Source of the DNA: Candidatus Hermodarchaeota archaeon
Lineage (GTDB): Archaea; Asgardarchaeota; Lokiarchaeia; Sigyniarchaeales; SOKP01
NCBI GenBank assembly: GCA_048885925.1
Contig: JBHLLG010000009.1
Coordinates: 1 to 64,000 of the forward strand
DNA length: 64,000 nucleotides
Direction: 5' to 3'
The position numbers were made by a program, and so were the translations under genes. The notes beneath the pieces were generated by a model. The model had not been told where the DNA came from and did not search any database. It worked only from the letters and a program-made list of their open reading frames with translations. Positions 30,391-40,250 of the stretch are shown piece by piece. Position 1 is the stretch's first letter, and each line of letters begins with the position of its first letter.

Positions 30391-30444
30391 ACTACAATAA
30401 TATTTAATAATGTGTATTTAAAGTCTACAAAATCTTATATCTGT

Positions 30445-30876
30445 TTAAGAGATTTTTTCACATTCTTCATTAATAATCTTCATTGTAGCGTTAAAATCCT
30501 GCCACCAATCTTGTCCCTGTTGAGCTACTAGCATTGGATCTAGTTTTCGTGTGTCCAAGCATCTTATCTCTTCTTTTTGGGCTTTAATTTTACCTTTCCA
30601 TATCTGAGAAATAATATTTGTCAAATTAATTTTTACTTTCTTCACTAATTCCTCATATGGTACAGATACATCTTCAGTTTTTTGTAACCTTTGAAGCTGA
30701 TCAAATTTTACCTTTTCTTTTGCCCTATTTAAATCACCACAGCTGATTTTAATAGAAAAAGGGTCATCTTTGCCGAATTTACAAAACTTTTGAATCTCAC
30801 ATAAAGAACAATAACTTTCAAAACTGATTGTGTAATCCTCAAGACCGATGATAGAATAATTTAAAATTTTTGGCAT
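30445..30876 (-). CDS. Hypothetical Cys-containing protein
   Basis: CSLCEIQKFC..C..C..C; well-formed 143-aa ORF. Confidence 0.75.
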   Translation of the reverse strand: MPKILNYSIIGLEDYTISFESYCSLCEIQKFCKFGKDDPFSIKISCGDLNRAKEKVKFDQLQRLQKTEDVSVPYEELVKKVKINLTNIISQIWKGKIKAQKEEIRCLDTRKLDPMLVAQQGQDWWQDFNATMKIINEECEKIS

Positions 30877-31231
30877 TTGTCTAATTATGTTCTTTAATTA
30901 TAGAATGTACTTTCAAAACTAAAATATTTTAGGTTGTCCACTTTCATTGATTTTATATTCTTCAATTAAATTTTTGTACATTATTGAAAGTAGTTTTGTC
31001 ATTGGCTTAAAAGGCGAAATTGTTGCCATACATTGGATAATAATCATTTTTGAATTAATAATCTAAATGTATACAAAAATCATAGGTGGGACAACTGAAA
31101 ATTATCATGATAAGATTTTTAAAACTTCATATTTAGACTTCGAAAAAAATTCAATAAAAGCAAGGGATATATAAAATCTTTAAAATTTTACTTATTTCTA
31201 AAGAATTAGGCCCTTCTCTCTAATATAATTT

Positions 31232-32500
31232 TTGTTTTCTTTAAATAACTATTATTTAAATAGATATTATCTTATGTTTAAATCGAAGAGACTTAAATCT
31301 AAAACCTATTATAATCTGAACTTTATTTCTTATGTATGTATTTATTTAGTATATTCATCCATTTTTGTTTTTCTTAATAATTATTTTCCAATTCTTTTTT
31401 TTGACGTATTACATATTAATAGATCCATATTGGCATTAATGCAATTTCTTGCTTATTCTATTTTATTATTGCGTCCCGCTTTTGCGGCGATAACTGATAA
31501 ATATCGAATTAAAGGATATCAGCGGAAATATTATATCATATTTTCAGGATATTCAGTAACTCTAATATACATCTTTATTGGACTTACTTTTAGCAATATC
31601 TTGATTTTCGGAGTATTGTTAATATTAATTTATCTTTCAAGCACTATGTTAGATGTGTCTACAAAATCATTAGTTATCGATATTTCACCGACAAATGAAA
31701 TTAAGAAACGTCATCTTTTTTTTATGTTTGTTGGGGAAGCTTTAGGAAAGTTTTTCCCTTTCTTTCTATTTTTTCTTTTAATCAGTGATATCTATTCAAT
31801 AAGTTCTTGGGAGACTTTAATTATCTATAGTTATCTTCTTCTAATACCATTGGTAAGTATTTTACCATTTATCACTGAGAATAATCAAAAAAAACCTCAA
31901 ACTATTGGAAGCTCAGAAAATTTTAATATTTCTGGGAATAATAATTTAGATTTTTCTCCAAGATCTAAAATTACAATCATTTTACTTTGCATTTTTGTAT
32001 TTTTTGCGTTCAGCGATGCAATTTTCATTTATCCTTTCTTTCCGTTTATATTAAGTAAATTTGGACTCGAGAATTTTAACCTTTTCAATTTTTTTTTAAT
32101 TTTCTACTTCCTTATAAGTATAACAAGTAGTGCAATAGGAAGTTTTATTATTAGAAGAATAAAACCTAAAAAAATTATATTCATTTTAATTCCAGTAATT
32201 GGAATTATATATTCCTTATACAATATTGTCCCCTTTACTTTTTTTACTATATTATATTTTATTGGATGTTCTTTAGGAACAATTTGTAATCTTAATATTT
32301 CAGTTTATATAATGAAATATAAAAAGGAAAAAAAATCAATGTATTTTCACTTGATTGCATCATTCAGACATCTATCAACCTTCATTTTTCTTCCTTTAGG
32401 AACTTTACTCTCTAATTTCGTTACTACAGAATATCTAATTATCATTGGAGCGATTTTATTAAATCTATCACTGATACCTTTAATATATATAAAACTCTGA
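31232..32500 (+). CDS. MFS transporter
   Basis: About 12 TM; AAITDKYRIKGYQRK, LDVSTKSLVID (BT1/AmpG-like signature). Confidence 0.88.
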   Translation: MFSLNNYYLNRYYLMFKSKRLKSKTYYNLNFISYVCIYLVYSSIFVFLNNYFPILFFDVLHINRSILALMQFLAYSILLLRPAFAAITDKYRIKGYQRKYYIIFSGYSVTLIYIFIGLTFSNILIFGVLLILIYLSSTMLDVSTKSLVIDISPTNEIKKRHLFFMFVGEALGKFFPFFLFFLLISDIYSISSWETLIIYSYLLLIPLVSILPFITENNQKKPQTIGSSENFNISGNNNLDFSPRSKITIILLCIFVFFAFSDAIFIYPFFPFILSKFGLENFNLFNFFLIFYFLISITSSAIGSFIIRRIKPKKIIFILIPVIGIIYSLYNIVPFTFFTILYFIGCSLGTICNLNISVYIMKYKKEKKSMYFHLIASFRHLSTFIFLPLGTLLSNFVTTEYLIIIGAILLNLSLIPLIYIKL

Positions 32501-32522
32501 TATTATTGGTATTAAAAAAAGA

Positions 32523-34172
32523 CTAAGGAAAAATTATATGTTGTTTCCAGCTTTCAGGAATAAATGAATAATAATCAACATCCCTATTTTTATACATATA
32601 GCTAATTTTAAAATATCCTTCTCTTAAAATTTTGAAATCGCCCTTATCGTAAAATGGTGTTTTATTTTTTATTTGATGCTGTACAAATTCTTTTAACCAT
32701 TCATAATTAAGTCTTAAAGATGTAAGAAAATCTAAATTTTTACTCGGTCTTACAATCTTGTTATAGACTCGATGATTTGCTAGAGGTTTTCTCCACCAAT
32801 TTTTATAATATATTTTGCCTCCAAACTTTTTCTCACAGTCATTATAAATAATGGATCCTGGGAGTGCTTTATAATGTAAAATACTTAAAATAATTTTGTA
32901 TCTTTCACTTAAACCCTTTCCATTAAATCTCTTTTCTAAGAAAAATCTTTGATTATCTTTTATAACTTCTTTCGTTTCACTAGGAAGGCCTATAATTAAG
33001 TTAACCCATATAATCAAATTAATTTCATTTGAATATCTGATGAGATTCTCTACTTTCCTTATATATGTTTCAAAATGTCTGTCATTCTTAGAACTAATTT
33101 TATTTATATTTTTTAACATTGGAATTGAGGCAGATTCAAAACCAAGATGAGGTTGGATGTTAAACTTTTTGTAGTGAAGTAGGTCTTCTTTTGTGCATAT
33201 ATTAACTCTATCATAAATTGATATAGTGTAGGGAAAACCCCCTTCCTCGTTTATAAACTTTCTAAACTTTTCATAGAATTCATTACGAAGCCTTCTTTTT
33301 GGGAAGAAAACTGGATCACTAATCATAATTGCCTTAGTTTCTAACCATTTAGTATCTCTAATTATCCTTAATTCTTCAATACACTTATCTATCGATTTAA
33401 ACCGGACCCGTTTATGATAAGGTAACTCTCTTCCAGTAGCAGGAGGGCAAATCTTACAGTGAAACATACAGTTCCGTCCAAAGTCAATATTCAATCGTCT
33501 ACCCTTCAATTTATCTTTATATCGTTTTAGAAGGCTAAGATCAATAATAGGCAACTCATCAAGTGAAGGAAACATTTTTCCTTGAATTATTTCTAAGTCT
33601 TCTTTTCTATTTGTCCTTTCTGTTGATTCAATATTCATAAGGTGCTTAATTAACTCAAAAAACGCGATTTCACCCTCCCCGGTTATCAAATATTCAAAGA
33701 TTTTTTTAATTTTTGGAAAAGTTTCATAAATAAAGCTTGGGAATTTATCTGATTGAAAATCTTCAGGAATAATGGTGGGATGATATCCTCCAACTATGAT
33801 TTTAATATACGGATTTATATAAGACTTTATTAGGCACGCTATTATTACTGAATTTAAATATTCATATGAAGAATAACAAGAAATCGCAATGATACTAAAA
33901 GGGAACGCTTTATAAAGTTTTAATAAAAACACTTTTGCCTCCTCTAAATAAGGAGCTAAATCTTTAAAACTAAAAGGTGGTAATTCCTCGAGTCGTAAAT
34001 CAACATAGATTTCCTCAATCTCCCCTGATAATTCCTCTTTTCTAGAATTTAAATAATTAGAAATTCTTAAAAAATAGGTATAGATTGCATTATGTCCTTT
34101 GAAATCTCCTACTTCTTGTGGGAATAGATAAATAATTCTAAATTTTTCTTTTTTTTGAGATAGTTTTTCCAT
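32523..34172 (-). CDS. Cobalamin (B12)-binding radical SAM enzyme
   Basis: IAISCYSS, IIVGGYHPT, ITGEGE, CMFHCKIC, GFESAS, IIGLPSET; ATG 34172 with GGAGG SD at 34183-34179. Confidence 0.93.
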   Translation of the reverse strand: MEKLSQKKEKFRIIYLFPQEVGDFKGHNAIYTYFLRISNYLNSRKEELSGEIEEIYVDLRLEELPPFSFKDLAPYLEEAKVFLLKLYKAFPFSIIAISCYSSYEYLNSVIIACLIKSYINPYIKIIVGGYHPTIIPEDFQSDKFPSFIYETFPKIKKIFEYLITGEGEIAFFELIKHLMNIESTERTNRKEDLEIIQGKMFPSLDELPIIDLSLLKRYKDKLKGRRLNIDFGRNCMFHCKICPPATGRELPYHKRVRFKSIDKCIEELRIIRDTKWLETKAIMISDPVFFPKRRLRNEFYEKFRKFINEEGGFPYTISIYDRVNICTKEDLLHYKKFNIQPHLGFESASIPMLKNINKISSKNDRHFETYIRKVENLIRYSNEINLIIWVNLIIGLPSETKEVIKDNQRFFLEKRFNGKGLSERYKIILSILHYKALPGSIIYNDCEKKFGGKIYYKNWWRKPLANHRVYNKIVRPSKNLDFLTSLRLNYEWLKEFVQHQIKNKTPFYDKGDFKILREGYFKISYMYKNRDVDYYSFIPESWKQHIIFP

Positions 34173-34422
34173 ATACAACCTCCGTTATTAGTTTGGTTTA
34201 ATTTAGATTTTTTTTGTTGTATATTATTTTCTATAATTCCTTTTTTAAACAACTAAGATTTCTAAAATTAGGTTCATTTTTTTAAAATCTATTAGTTTAC
34301 TAAATTTTAAAAAACAATTAAGAGTGATAATATGAAAATTCCAGAGAAAAAAGCAATTATAACTTTATTATCTGCTATCTTTTTTATTATTTCAAATATT
34401 TAAAGAAAAGAGGTAAAATATA

Positions 34423-34441
34423 AGAATCCTATTTGGATTCT
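34423..34441 (-). terminator. Hairpin downstream of the small peptide ORF
   Basis: AGAATCC-AAATA-GGATTCT followed by a U/pyrimidine-rich tract. Confidence 0.55.
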
Positions 34442-34449
34442 AAAACAAG

Positions 34450-34479
34450 TTAAGCATTTGGTTCTCCAGATAAAGGCAC
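34450..34479 (-). CDS. Unannotated 9-aa peptide MPLSGEPNA (candidate RiPP precursor or signal peptide)
   Basis: GAGGAGGTTGAT-AAAAA-GTG CCT TTA TCT GGA GAA CCA AAT GCT TAA; TATA upstream, hairpin downstream. Confidence 0.6.
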   Translation of the reverse strand: MPLSGEPNA

Positions 34480-34536
34480 TTTTTATCAACCTCCTCACCG
34501 TTATTTACGTTGAGTAACTTTATATCGTCATTTTGA

Positions 34537-34544
34537 TATTTAAA
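34537..34544 (-). promoter_or_regulatory. Candidate TATA box of the peptide gene
   Basis: TTTAAATA about 40 nt upstream of the SD. Confidence 0.45.
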
Positions 34545-34559
34545 GTGAACGAAAAAAAA

Positions 34560-34585
34560 TTATAATTTTATACGGAAAATTATAA
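34560..34585. promoter_or_regulatory. Inverted-repeat operator candidate
   Basis: TTATAATTTT-ATACGG-AAAATTATAA, perfect 10-bp arms. Confidence 0.5.
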
Positions 34586-34741
34586 AAATCTCCCCTATAA
34601 AAATAAAAACTATTAAGATCAATTAAACTTAAGAAATTTGATTATGTGGGTAATTTAAAATTAAAAATATCTATTTAGATTTACATCGAAATACTAAAAC
34701 CGATTATTTTAAAAGAATTTTATTTTTTCACATAACAATTA

Positions 34742-34770
34742 TATGATAAAATTATCATAAGCTTATATAA
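34742..34770 (+). promoter_or_regulatory. Palindrome plus TATA box upstream of the 1214-aa gene
   Basis: TATGATAA-AA-TTATCATA followed 3 nt later by TTATATAA. Confidence 0.5.
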
Positions 34771-34819
34771 AAAATAAAAAATATCTAATAATTAGGTAAA
34801 GAAAATTTGATTTTCTTAT

Positions 34820-37800
34820 ATGTCTGGGTATTTTGATTACAAAGGTCTAGAAGAATTATCCAAAGGAAAAGGATTAACACAAATTCAGTATGTTTTTAAC
34901 ATTCTTATTTCTGAATTGGCAGATCATCTTAAATTAGAACCTATATACCAAAACATATTAATAGAATTAATTGAAAATGAAAATTTCTCAAAAGGAGAAA
35001 ACCTCTCTATCCTTGATTTTGGCGTTAGAAGAGTTGTTCAAAATAATAATTTAATAATAAAAATAAATCTTATCAATACAAAATGGTTTGCGTTTCTTTT
35101 GCTTAGAGAGGCATATTATTCATTTATTCCTATTGATGTCAGTGAACTTGTTAAAATTTGCATCAACCAAATTATAGAAAATGACCTCAAGAGAATACCA
35201 AGATATTTAGAATGGAAAAAACTGATAAGAAAATCTTTGTTGGACAGACAATTTCTTCACTCTCAGTTTGACAAACTACAAAAGTTTTTTAAAATTGAAG
35301 CGAATGAACCCTTAGAGAGTGCAATACAATTTTTTTTTAGAGAAATAAGAGAAAACATATCATTAAGTCAGGATGGAAATTTAGATCACTTCTATGATTT
35401 AATTTTTGAAAAATATACCTACCAAACCTCCCGAACGTTATTTAATTCAGAGATTATAGAAACAGTAAGACTACTTGCAAAACTGTTTTATGAAAATAAA
35501 TTATACCTTCATTTATCCGATTATCAAGATTTATTTAAGAAATCAAAGGAAAATCAACAGATTAACTCTGATTTAAGTTTGAGAAAATTTATTGAAAGTT
35601 TACAATGGATTAACAAATGTTCTTCAATTGCGCCGTCTTATGATATATTTTATAATCTTCTTGATTTAAATGTAATTTTAGCTGTAATTTATTTTAATCC
35701 TCTTTTAGAGAAGAATAAAATTAGATTGATATTAGAAGAATGGCCTTTTTACCTCTCCTTAAAATTTTCAGAAAATAGTTTCAAGGCAGAGATATCTTTG
35801 ATTTTCATAATTCCTAAGCTATACTTTAAAGATTTATTGACTTATTTAAATATCTTGGAAGAATCTGGATATATAATTAAAGTGGATTTATACCATTATT
35901 TTAAAAAAAAATCACTTATTAATCTAAATTATTTTACAGAATTATCAAATATAAAGAAAGTTATTGATCCATCTAATATTCAATATGAGAAGAAATATGA
36001 AATTGAAACAAATATTAACTGGGATCCAACTATTTCAAGTTCGATACCCCTTTCTCTTTTCGAATTTAAAATAATTGACCGTGTAAAAAATCTATCAGTT
36101 GTAGGTTTAACTTTTGATAAAAGAATAGAAACATTGAATGCAATTAAGGAAGATATTGAAAATGAGTTAAGTAAAAATAGAATCTTTAATCAAAAGTTTA
36201 AAAAATATTTCGATAAAATCCTAAATTCAAATAAATTAAAACAACAGTTTTTAAAATTTTTAGAAAAAAATAAGAACAAAGGATTTTTCTATACATATTA
36301 TCAACTAAGTCATATTCTTGATTATATAAATTTAATTAGAGATATCTTACACAAGCACCCTGACATTACGAATAAATATCAACTCCAGATGTTACTAAAC
36401 ACATCCTTAATTTCTAATAATATCGAAGAATATCAATTGATTCGCAATAAAGATGTTAAAAATACAATAATTCGGGAATTACTTCCTCTACGTTTTCGAT
36501 CTATAAAAACATTTAGAGAAGAAGTGGAAAAAGTTCAATCCTTCTACAATGTGTTAGATGTATGTTATAACTTTAAAATTTTACATTTATACAAAATTAA
36601 AAAAATTATAAATGAACCCTCGTTAGCTAAAAAAATTCATCAAAAAAGAGTGAAAAGATATTATGATATATTTAAATCCTTAAGGTCATATAAAATAACA
36701 AATGAGAAAATTGAATCTACAATCGAAGCTTTTTTAAAACATGAGCCTCCTCTATTGAAACCATTCTTAATAAATACGATATTAACTAGTACCTTTGCAA
36801 AATATTATATAGAACTAATATTAAAAGAAAAACCTGATGTCAATAAAGGGCTCACAAAGTTGAGATCAATATTTCCAAAAATTTTTATTTCTAGAATAAC
36901 TGAAGCAGCTACTAATAGAATTTTAATTTATGTTTCAACCTATTTTTTAAACATAAATGAAAAAAGATTATTTTTTTCTATTTTATATTCTTTTTTTGGA
37001 GATTCAATTATTTCAATTAAACGCTATTTTTGGAGAGGTGTTACCCGATTACACAAGCATGAACTAGGAGATTTTTATGATTTTAAGGAAAAACGATTTT
37101 TTTATTCAGAAGATTTTTTTAAACAACTTTTAATCTATACTCAAAAAATCTTCGGTGAAAAACTAGAATGGCCTAAATATCCATTGAATAAAAATGTAAT
37201 GGGACTCTTTTGGCCAAACAAACAAAATATTGATACATTAATAATGACTGTAAAGAATAGAATATCATATGAGGACTCAACTATTAATTTAAGGGAATTA
37301 TTTGAACTTTCTAATTTCTATAAAAATTTAGAAACCCATTTAATTGATCAATCAAAGTTTCTAAATATTAAAACGAAACAATTCTTCAAGAGATATGTAA
37401 AATCAATAAAATTTATTCCAGCGTTACAACAATTTGGCTTTTCGCAGTATTATTTATATTTTCGTCCTTTTTTATATAAATCTTCAACTTTTGAAATTGA
37501 TTTCAGAATTTTCTTTATAAATTCATTCCAAAATATTAAATACCCTGCTTGTATTGAACCAAATCCTGCAATTTTTATCGAATATATCTTTCCCTTCAGA
37601 AATCCTAATAAAACTTATTTGAACTGGCTCACAAAATCGAAAAAAAATGTTTCTGAGTACTGTTTATTCTATAAAAAGAAAATATATGAGATAATCCACT
37701 TTAATCGCAATTTAACGAAAGAAGGTTGGAGTTACTCTTCTCTTAGTTTTAAATCTTTCATGCAAAATGTTTTATTCAATCCAATCTATGATCCAAAGAT

Positions 37801-38464
37801 TACTGGACTAAGAGAATTTGATCTTAGTGAGATCCTCGAATCAAATATTTTAGGATATGATACAAAAGAGTATCAAGCATTAACTAATATTTACAATACT
37901 CAATCACTTGACATTAAATCGTATTTAGGAACAAGAAATTACACCATTATTAACAATATTACTGAACTCCTTAACAATAAATTAATTTTCCCTTACATAT
38001 CTTTAAAAAATTTAGATTTCCAAGATAAGATCTCAATTATTTTGCCTGAGACTAAACAAGAGTTTAATGAAAAAATAATAAAGATATTTAGTTTTTTTAA
38101 CATGAGTCGAATATATGAAATTGAGGGAGAATTTTTTATATATGGTTTTGAAAAAGAAAAAAGCTTCGAAAATGGGTTACTTATTGAGATTTGGTTCCCA
38201 AAATGTGAATTAGATGAATTTTTTAATGTATTTGATTTACTTTTTCAATACTTTGAGATTAATCATTATATAGTTTTAACCGATTTAGTTAACGGAAAGA
38301 CATTATTAAAATCGGTCTATGGAAACTTAGATTTTTTAAAAGAATATAATCCTTTATTGAACCTTAAATGGAATGATAATGATAAGATATGGATGAACCA
38401 TAAACTATTTAATGAAAAATTCGAGCCTATTTACCCAAATTTGATTAGTAAAGAAAAAAAATAA
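34820..38464 (+). CDS. Giant (1214 aa) protein with repeated Lrp/AsnC-like modules, putative regulator
   Basis: N-terminal LLREAY helix; recurrent HTH-to-RAM linker-like segments (IAPSYDIFYNLLDL, IKFIPALQQFGFSQYYLYF, IFPYISLKNLDF). Confidence 0.55.
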   Translation: MSGYFDYKGLEELSKGKGLTQIQYVFNILISELADHLKLEPIYQNILIELIENENFSKGENLSILDFGVRRVVQNNNLIIKINLINTKWFAFLLLREAYYSFIPIDVSELVKICINQIIENDLKRIPRYLEWKKLIRKSLLDRQFLHSQFDKLQKFFKIEANEPLESAIQFFFREIRENISLSQDGNLDHFYDLIFEKYTYQTSRTLFNSEIIETVRLLAKLFYENKLYLHLSDYQDLFKKSKENQQINSDLSLRKFIESLQWINKCSSIAPSYDIFYNLLDLNVILAVIYFNPLLEKNKIRLILEEWPFYLSLKFSENSFKAEISLIFIIPKLYFKDLLTYLNILEESGYIIKVDLYHYFKKKSLINLNYFTELSNIKKVIDPSNIQYEKKYEIETNINWDPTISSSIPLSLFEFKIIDRVKNLSVVGLTFDKRIETLNAIKEDIENELSKNRIFNQKFKKYFDKILNSNKLKQQFLKFLEKNKNKGFFYTYYQLSHILDYINLIRDILHKHPDITNKYQLQMLLNTSLISNNIEEYQLIRNKDVKNTIIRELLPLRFRSIKTFREEVEKVQSFYNVLDVCYNFKILHLYKIKKIINEPSLAKKIHQKRVKRYYDIFKSLRSYKITNEKIESTIEAFLKHEPPLLKPFLINTILTSTFAKYYIELILKEKPDVNKGLTKLRSIFPKIFISRITEAATNRILIYVSTYFLNINEKRLFFSILYSFFGDSIISIKRYFWRGVTRLHKHELGDFYDFKEKRFFYSEDFFKQLLIYTQKIFGEKLEWPKYPLNKNVMGLFWPNKQNIDTLIMTVKNRISYEDSTINLRELFELSNFYKNLETHLIDQSKFLNIKTKQFFKRYVKSIKFIPALQQFGFSQYYLYFRPFLYKSSTFEIDFRIFFINSFQNIKYPACIEPNPAIFIEYIFPFRNPNKTYLNWLTKSKKNVSEYCLFYKKKIYEIIHFNRNLTKEGWSYSSLSFKSFMQNVLFNPIYDPKITGLREFDLSEILESNILGYDTKEYQALTNIYNTQSLDIKSYLGTRNYTIINNITELLNNKLIFPYISLKNLDFQDKISIILPETKQEFNEKIIKIFSFFNMSRIYEIEGEFFIYGFEKEKSFENGLLIEIWFPKCELDEFFNVFDLLFQYFEINHYIVLTDLVNGKTLLKSVYGNLDFLKEYNPLLNLKWNDNDKIWMNHKLFNEKFEPIYPNLISKEKK

Positions 38465-38594
38465 GTTTAGAACTGTTAAATTAAACTGAAAACTATATTT
38501 TATTCTTAAATAAAAAATTTTAAATTGTGATAATAAAATTTAAACGATATTTTAGATATTTTAATAAGTATAAAGCATTAAATATATAAAGATT

Positions 38595-38669
38595 GGACCT
38601 ATAGCCTAGCCTGGATAGGGCGTCGGACTTCTAATCCGAAAGTCGCAGGTTCGAATCCTGCTAGGTCCG
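38595..38669 (+). tRNA. tRNA-Arg(TCT)
   Basis: Acceptor GGACCTA/TAGGTCC, TCGGA-CTTCTAA-TCCGA, GCAGG-TTCGAAT-CCTGC. Confidence 0.97.
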
Positions 38670-38672
38670 CTC

Positions 38673-39830
38673 TTATTTCGAAGCTTTTATTTTTAAATCA
38701 ACAACAACTAATTCAGATTTTGGCGAATAATGTTTTACAATTTTCGAATTATCAATAGACTTAATATCCCAATTAAGATGAGTTAATTCTCTCTCAAGCT
38801 TTTTTATAGATTTTTCTAAAGGATTTGGTTTTTCGGAGAATTGATAAAAATGTAAATTCCCGCCTGATTCTTTCATTAAGAAACAAGCAATATCAATATA
38901 ATTAATTGATTCTTCGGGTAAATTCATGATGATCCTGCTTGCTTTATTATATAATAATTTTCCTAATTGGTTTTTAGCCTCAAGAAGTTTTTTAACATCA
39001 ATATTTTCTGGGAAAATCTCTCCCTTTAACTTATTTAATTTAATGTTTTCTTTCAGATATTCATAGGCATTAGAATTAGTATCAAAAGCATAAATTTTGA
39101 TATTCTTTTTTTTCGCAATTTGAATTGAAAAAGTCCCAACTCCTGCAAAAAGATCAATTATTAATTCATTATCCTTTATCTCACTTGAGGCAATCCTATG
39201 GCGTTCAAAGACTAATCTTGGAGAGAAATATGTATTCTTAACATTAAGCTTAAAAACACAATCATTTTCTTTATATATTGTTTCAGGCTTATCTTCACCA
39301 AATAGAAGACTTAATTCTCGTAAGCGATATTTTCCCTTAATTTGACTTTTTTTCTCATAGACAGTTTTAATATTCTTGTTTATTATTGAAATAGCTTCAG
39401 CAATCTTTTCTTTATAATTATTGGATTTTTCTTTATTAATACTTTGAAATTTATCAAATTCAATCAATGCGATATGTCCAATGATGTCATATGATTTTGG
39501 AATTAAGTTTGAATATCTTTCTGGGAGTTTATCTTCTAAAGCTTCTTGAAGAGTTTTGTATTTATAATTTTCATTGTAAACACCTTCTCTAGAGATTAGT
39601 TCAAAATTAATTTTTCTATCTACTAGTGAAGTTACTCTATTGATTAGAGATTGCTCATTAATAATTGGAAATAGTATATTGTCATTCTCATATAAAATTT
39701 TAAATTTATGGTTAATAAATCGAGTATTTTTTAGCCTATTCTTTAAGAAATTAATGAAAGCTTGTCCATCTGCTTTTTTAAACTTAATATATAATATCTC
39801 AGCTTGGCTATTATTTCCCATTTCTCTCAT
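38673..39830 (-). CDS. trm5: Trm5/Met10+-family tRNA methyltransferase
   Basis: PKSYDIIGHIA, YFSPRL..ER, DLFAGVGTF, RIIMNLP. Confidence 0.92.
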   Translation of the reverse strand: MREMGNNSQAEILYIKFKKADGQAFINFLKNRLKNTRFINHKFKILYENDNILFPIINEQSLINRVTSLVDRKINFELISREGVYNENYKYKTLQEALEDKLPERYSNLIPKSYDIIGHIALIEFDKFQSINKEKSNNYKEKIAEAISIINKNIKTVYEKKSQIKGKYRLRELSLLFGEDKPETIYKENDCVFKLNVKNTYFSPRLVFERHRIASSEIKDNELIIDLFAGVGTFSIQIAKKKNIKIYAFDTNSNAYEYLKENIKLNKLKGEIFPENIDVKKLLEAKNQLGKLLYNKASRIIMNLPEESINYIDIACFLMKESGGNLHFYQFSEKPNPLEKSIKKLERELTHLNWDIKSIDNSKIVKHYSPKSELVVVDLKIKASK

Positions 39831-40245
39831 TTGTTTCGAATATGATTGATAATTTTTTTCCTGGATTTTTTAGTTTTTCGATTAGTTCACGACTTATTTC
39901 ATTTGATGATTTATTACAATTTACTAAAACTGTTCTATCACAGATAAAATTACTTTTGCGAAAAACCATATCTTTTTTATTCAATAATCTTAAATCTTTA
40001 CTTCCAAATCCAAAAAAAGAATCTTGGAGATCTTCTAATTTTAAAGTAATTTTTATTTTATTTCCATCTTTTATTTTTTGTTTCAAATTCTCATTTAAAT
40101 CAAAACAAGCTTTTGAAGCATTAATTCCTATAATACAGTTTCCTGTCTCAGTTAAACTTTTTTCTTTTGTAATTTCTACTGTAGTACTATGCGTACACAG
40201 AATGTTTTCATGTCCATAAGCAGTAATCTTTTCTAATATCACCAT
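39811..40245 (-). CDS. DUF371 family protein
   Basis: AYGHENILCTHSTTVEITKE..LT..GNCIIGI, VFRKS....RT. Confidence 0.9.
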   Translation of the reverse strand: MVILEKITAYGHENILCTHSTTVEITKEKSLTETGNCIIGINASKACFDLNENLKQKIKDGNKIKITLKLEDLQDSFFGFGSKDLRLLNKKDMVFRKSNFICDRTVLVNCNKSSNEISRELIEKLKNPGKKLSIIFETNERNGK

Positions 40246-40250
40246 ATACT

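Noticed and set aside
30919-31047. 42-codon minus-strand ORF MIIIQCMATISPFKPM...
   Set aside because: No SD or motif; could be the UTR of the downstream gene.
34308-34400. Hydrophobic open frame IKKIADNKVIIAFFSGIFILSLLIVF on the minus strand
   Set aside because: No standard start codon or SD; T-rich DNA yields such frames by chance.
34440-34556. Alternative frame NDDIKLLNVNNGEEVDKKCLYLENQMLNLF overlapping the micro-peptide
   Set aside because: No upstream start codon; the SD spacing fits the GTG frame instead.
31232-38669. Integrated element at tRNA-Arg carrying the rSAM module
   Set aside because: No integrase and no duplicated tRNA end seen; the module lies on the 5' side of the tRNA.
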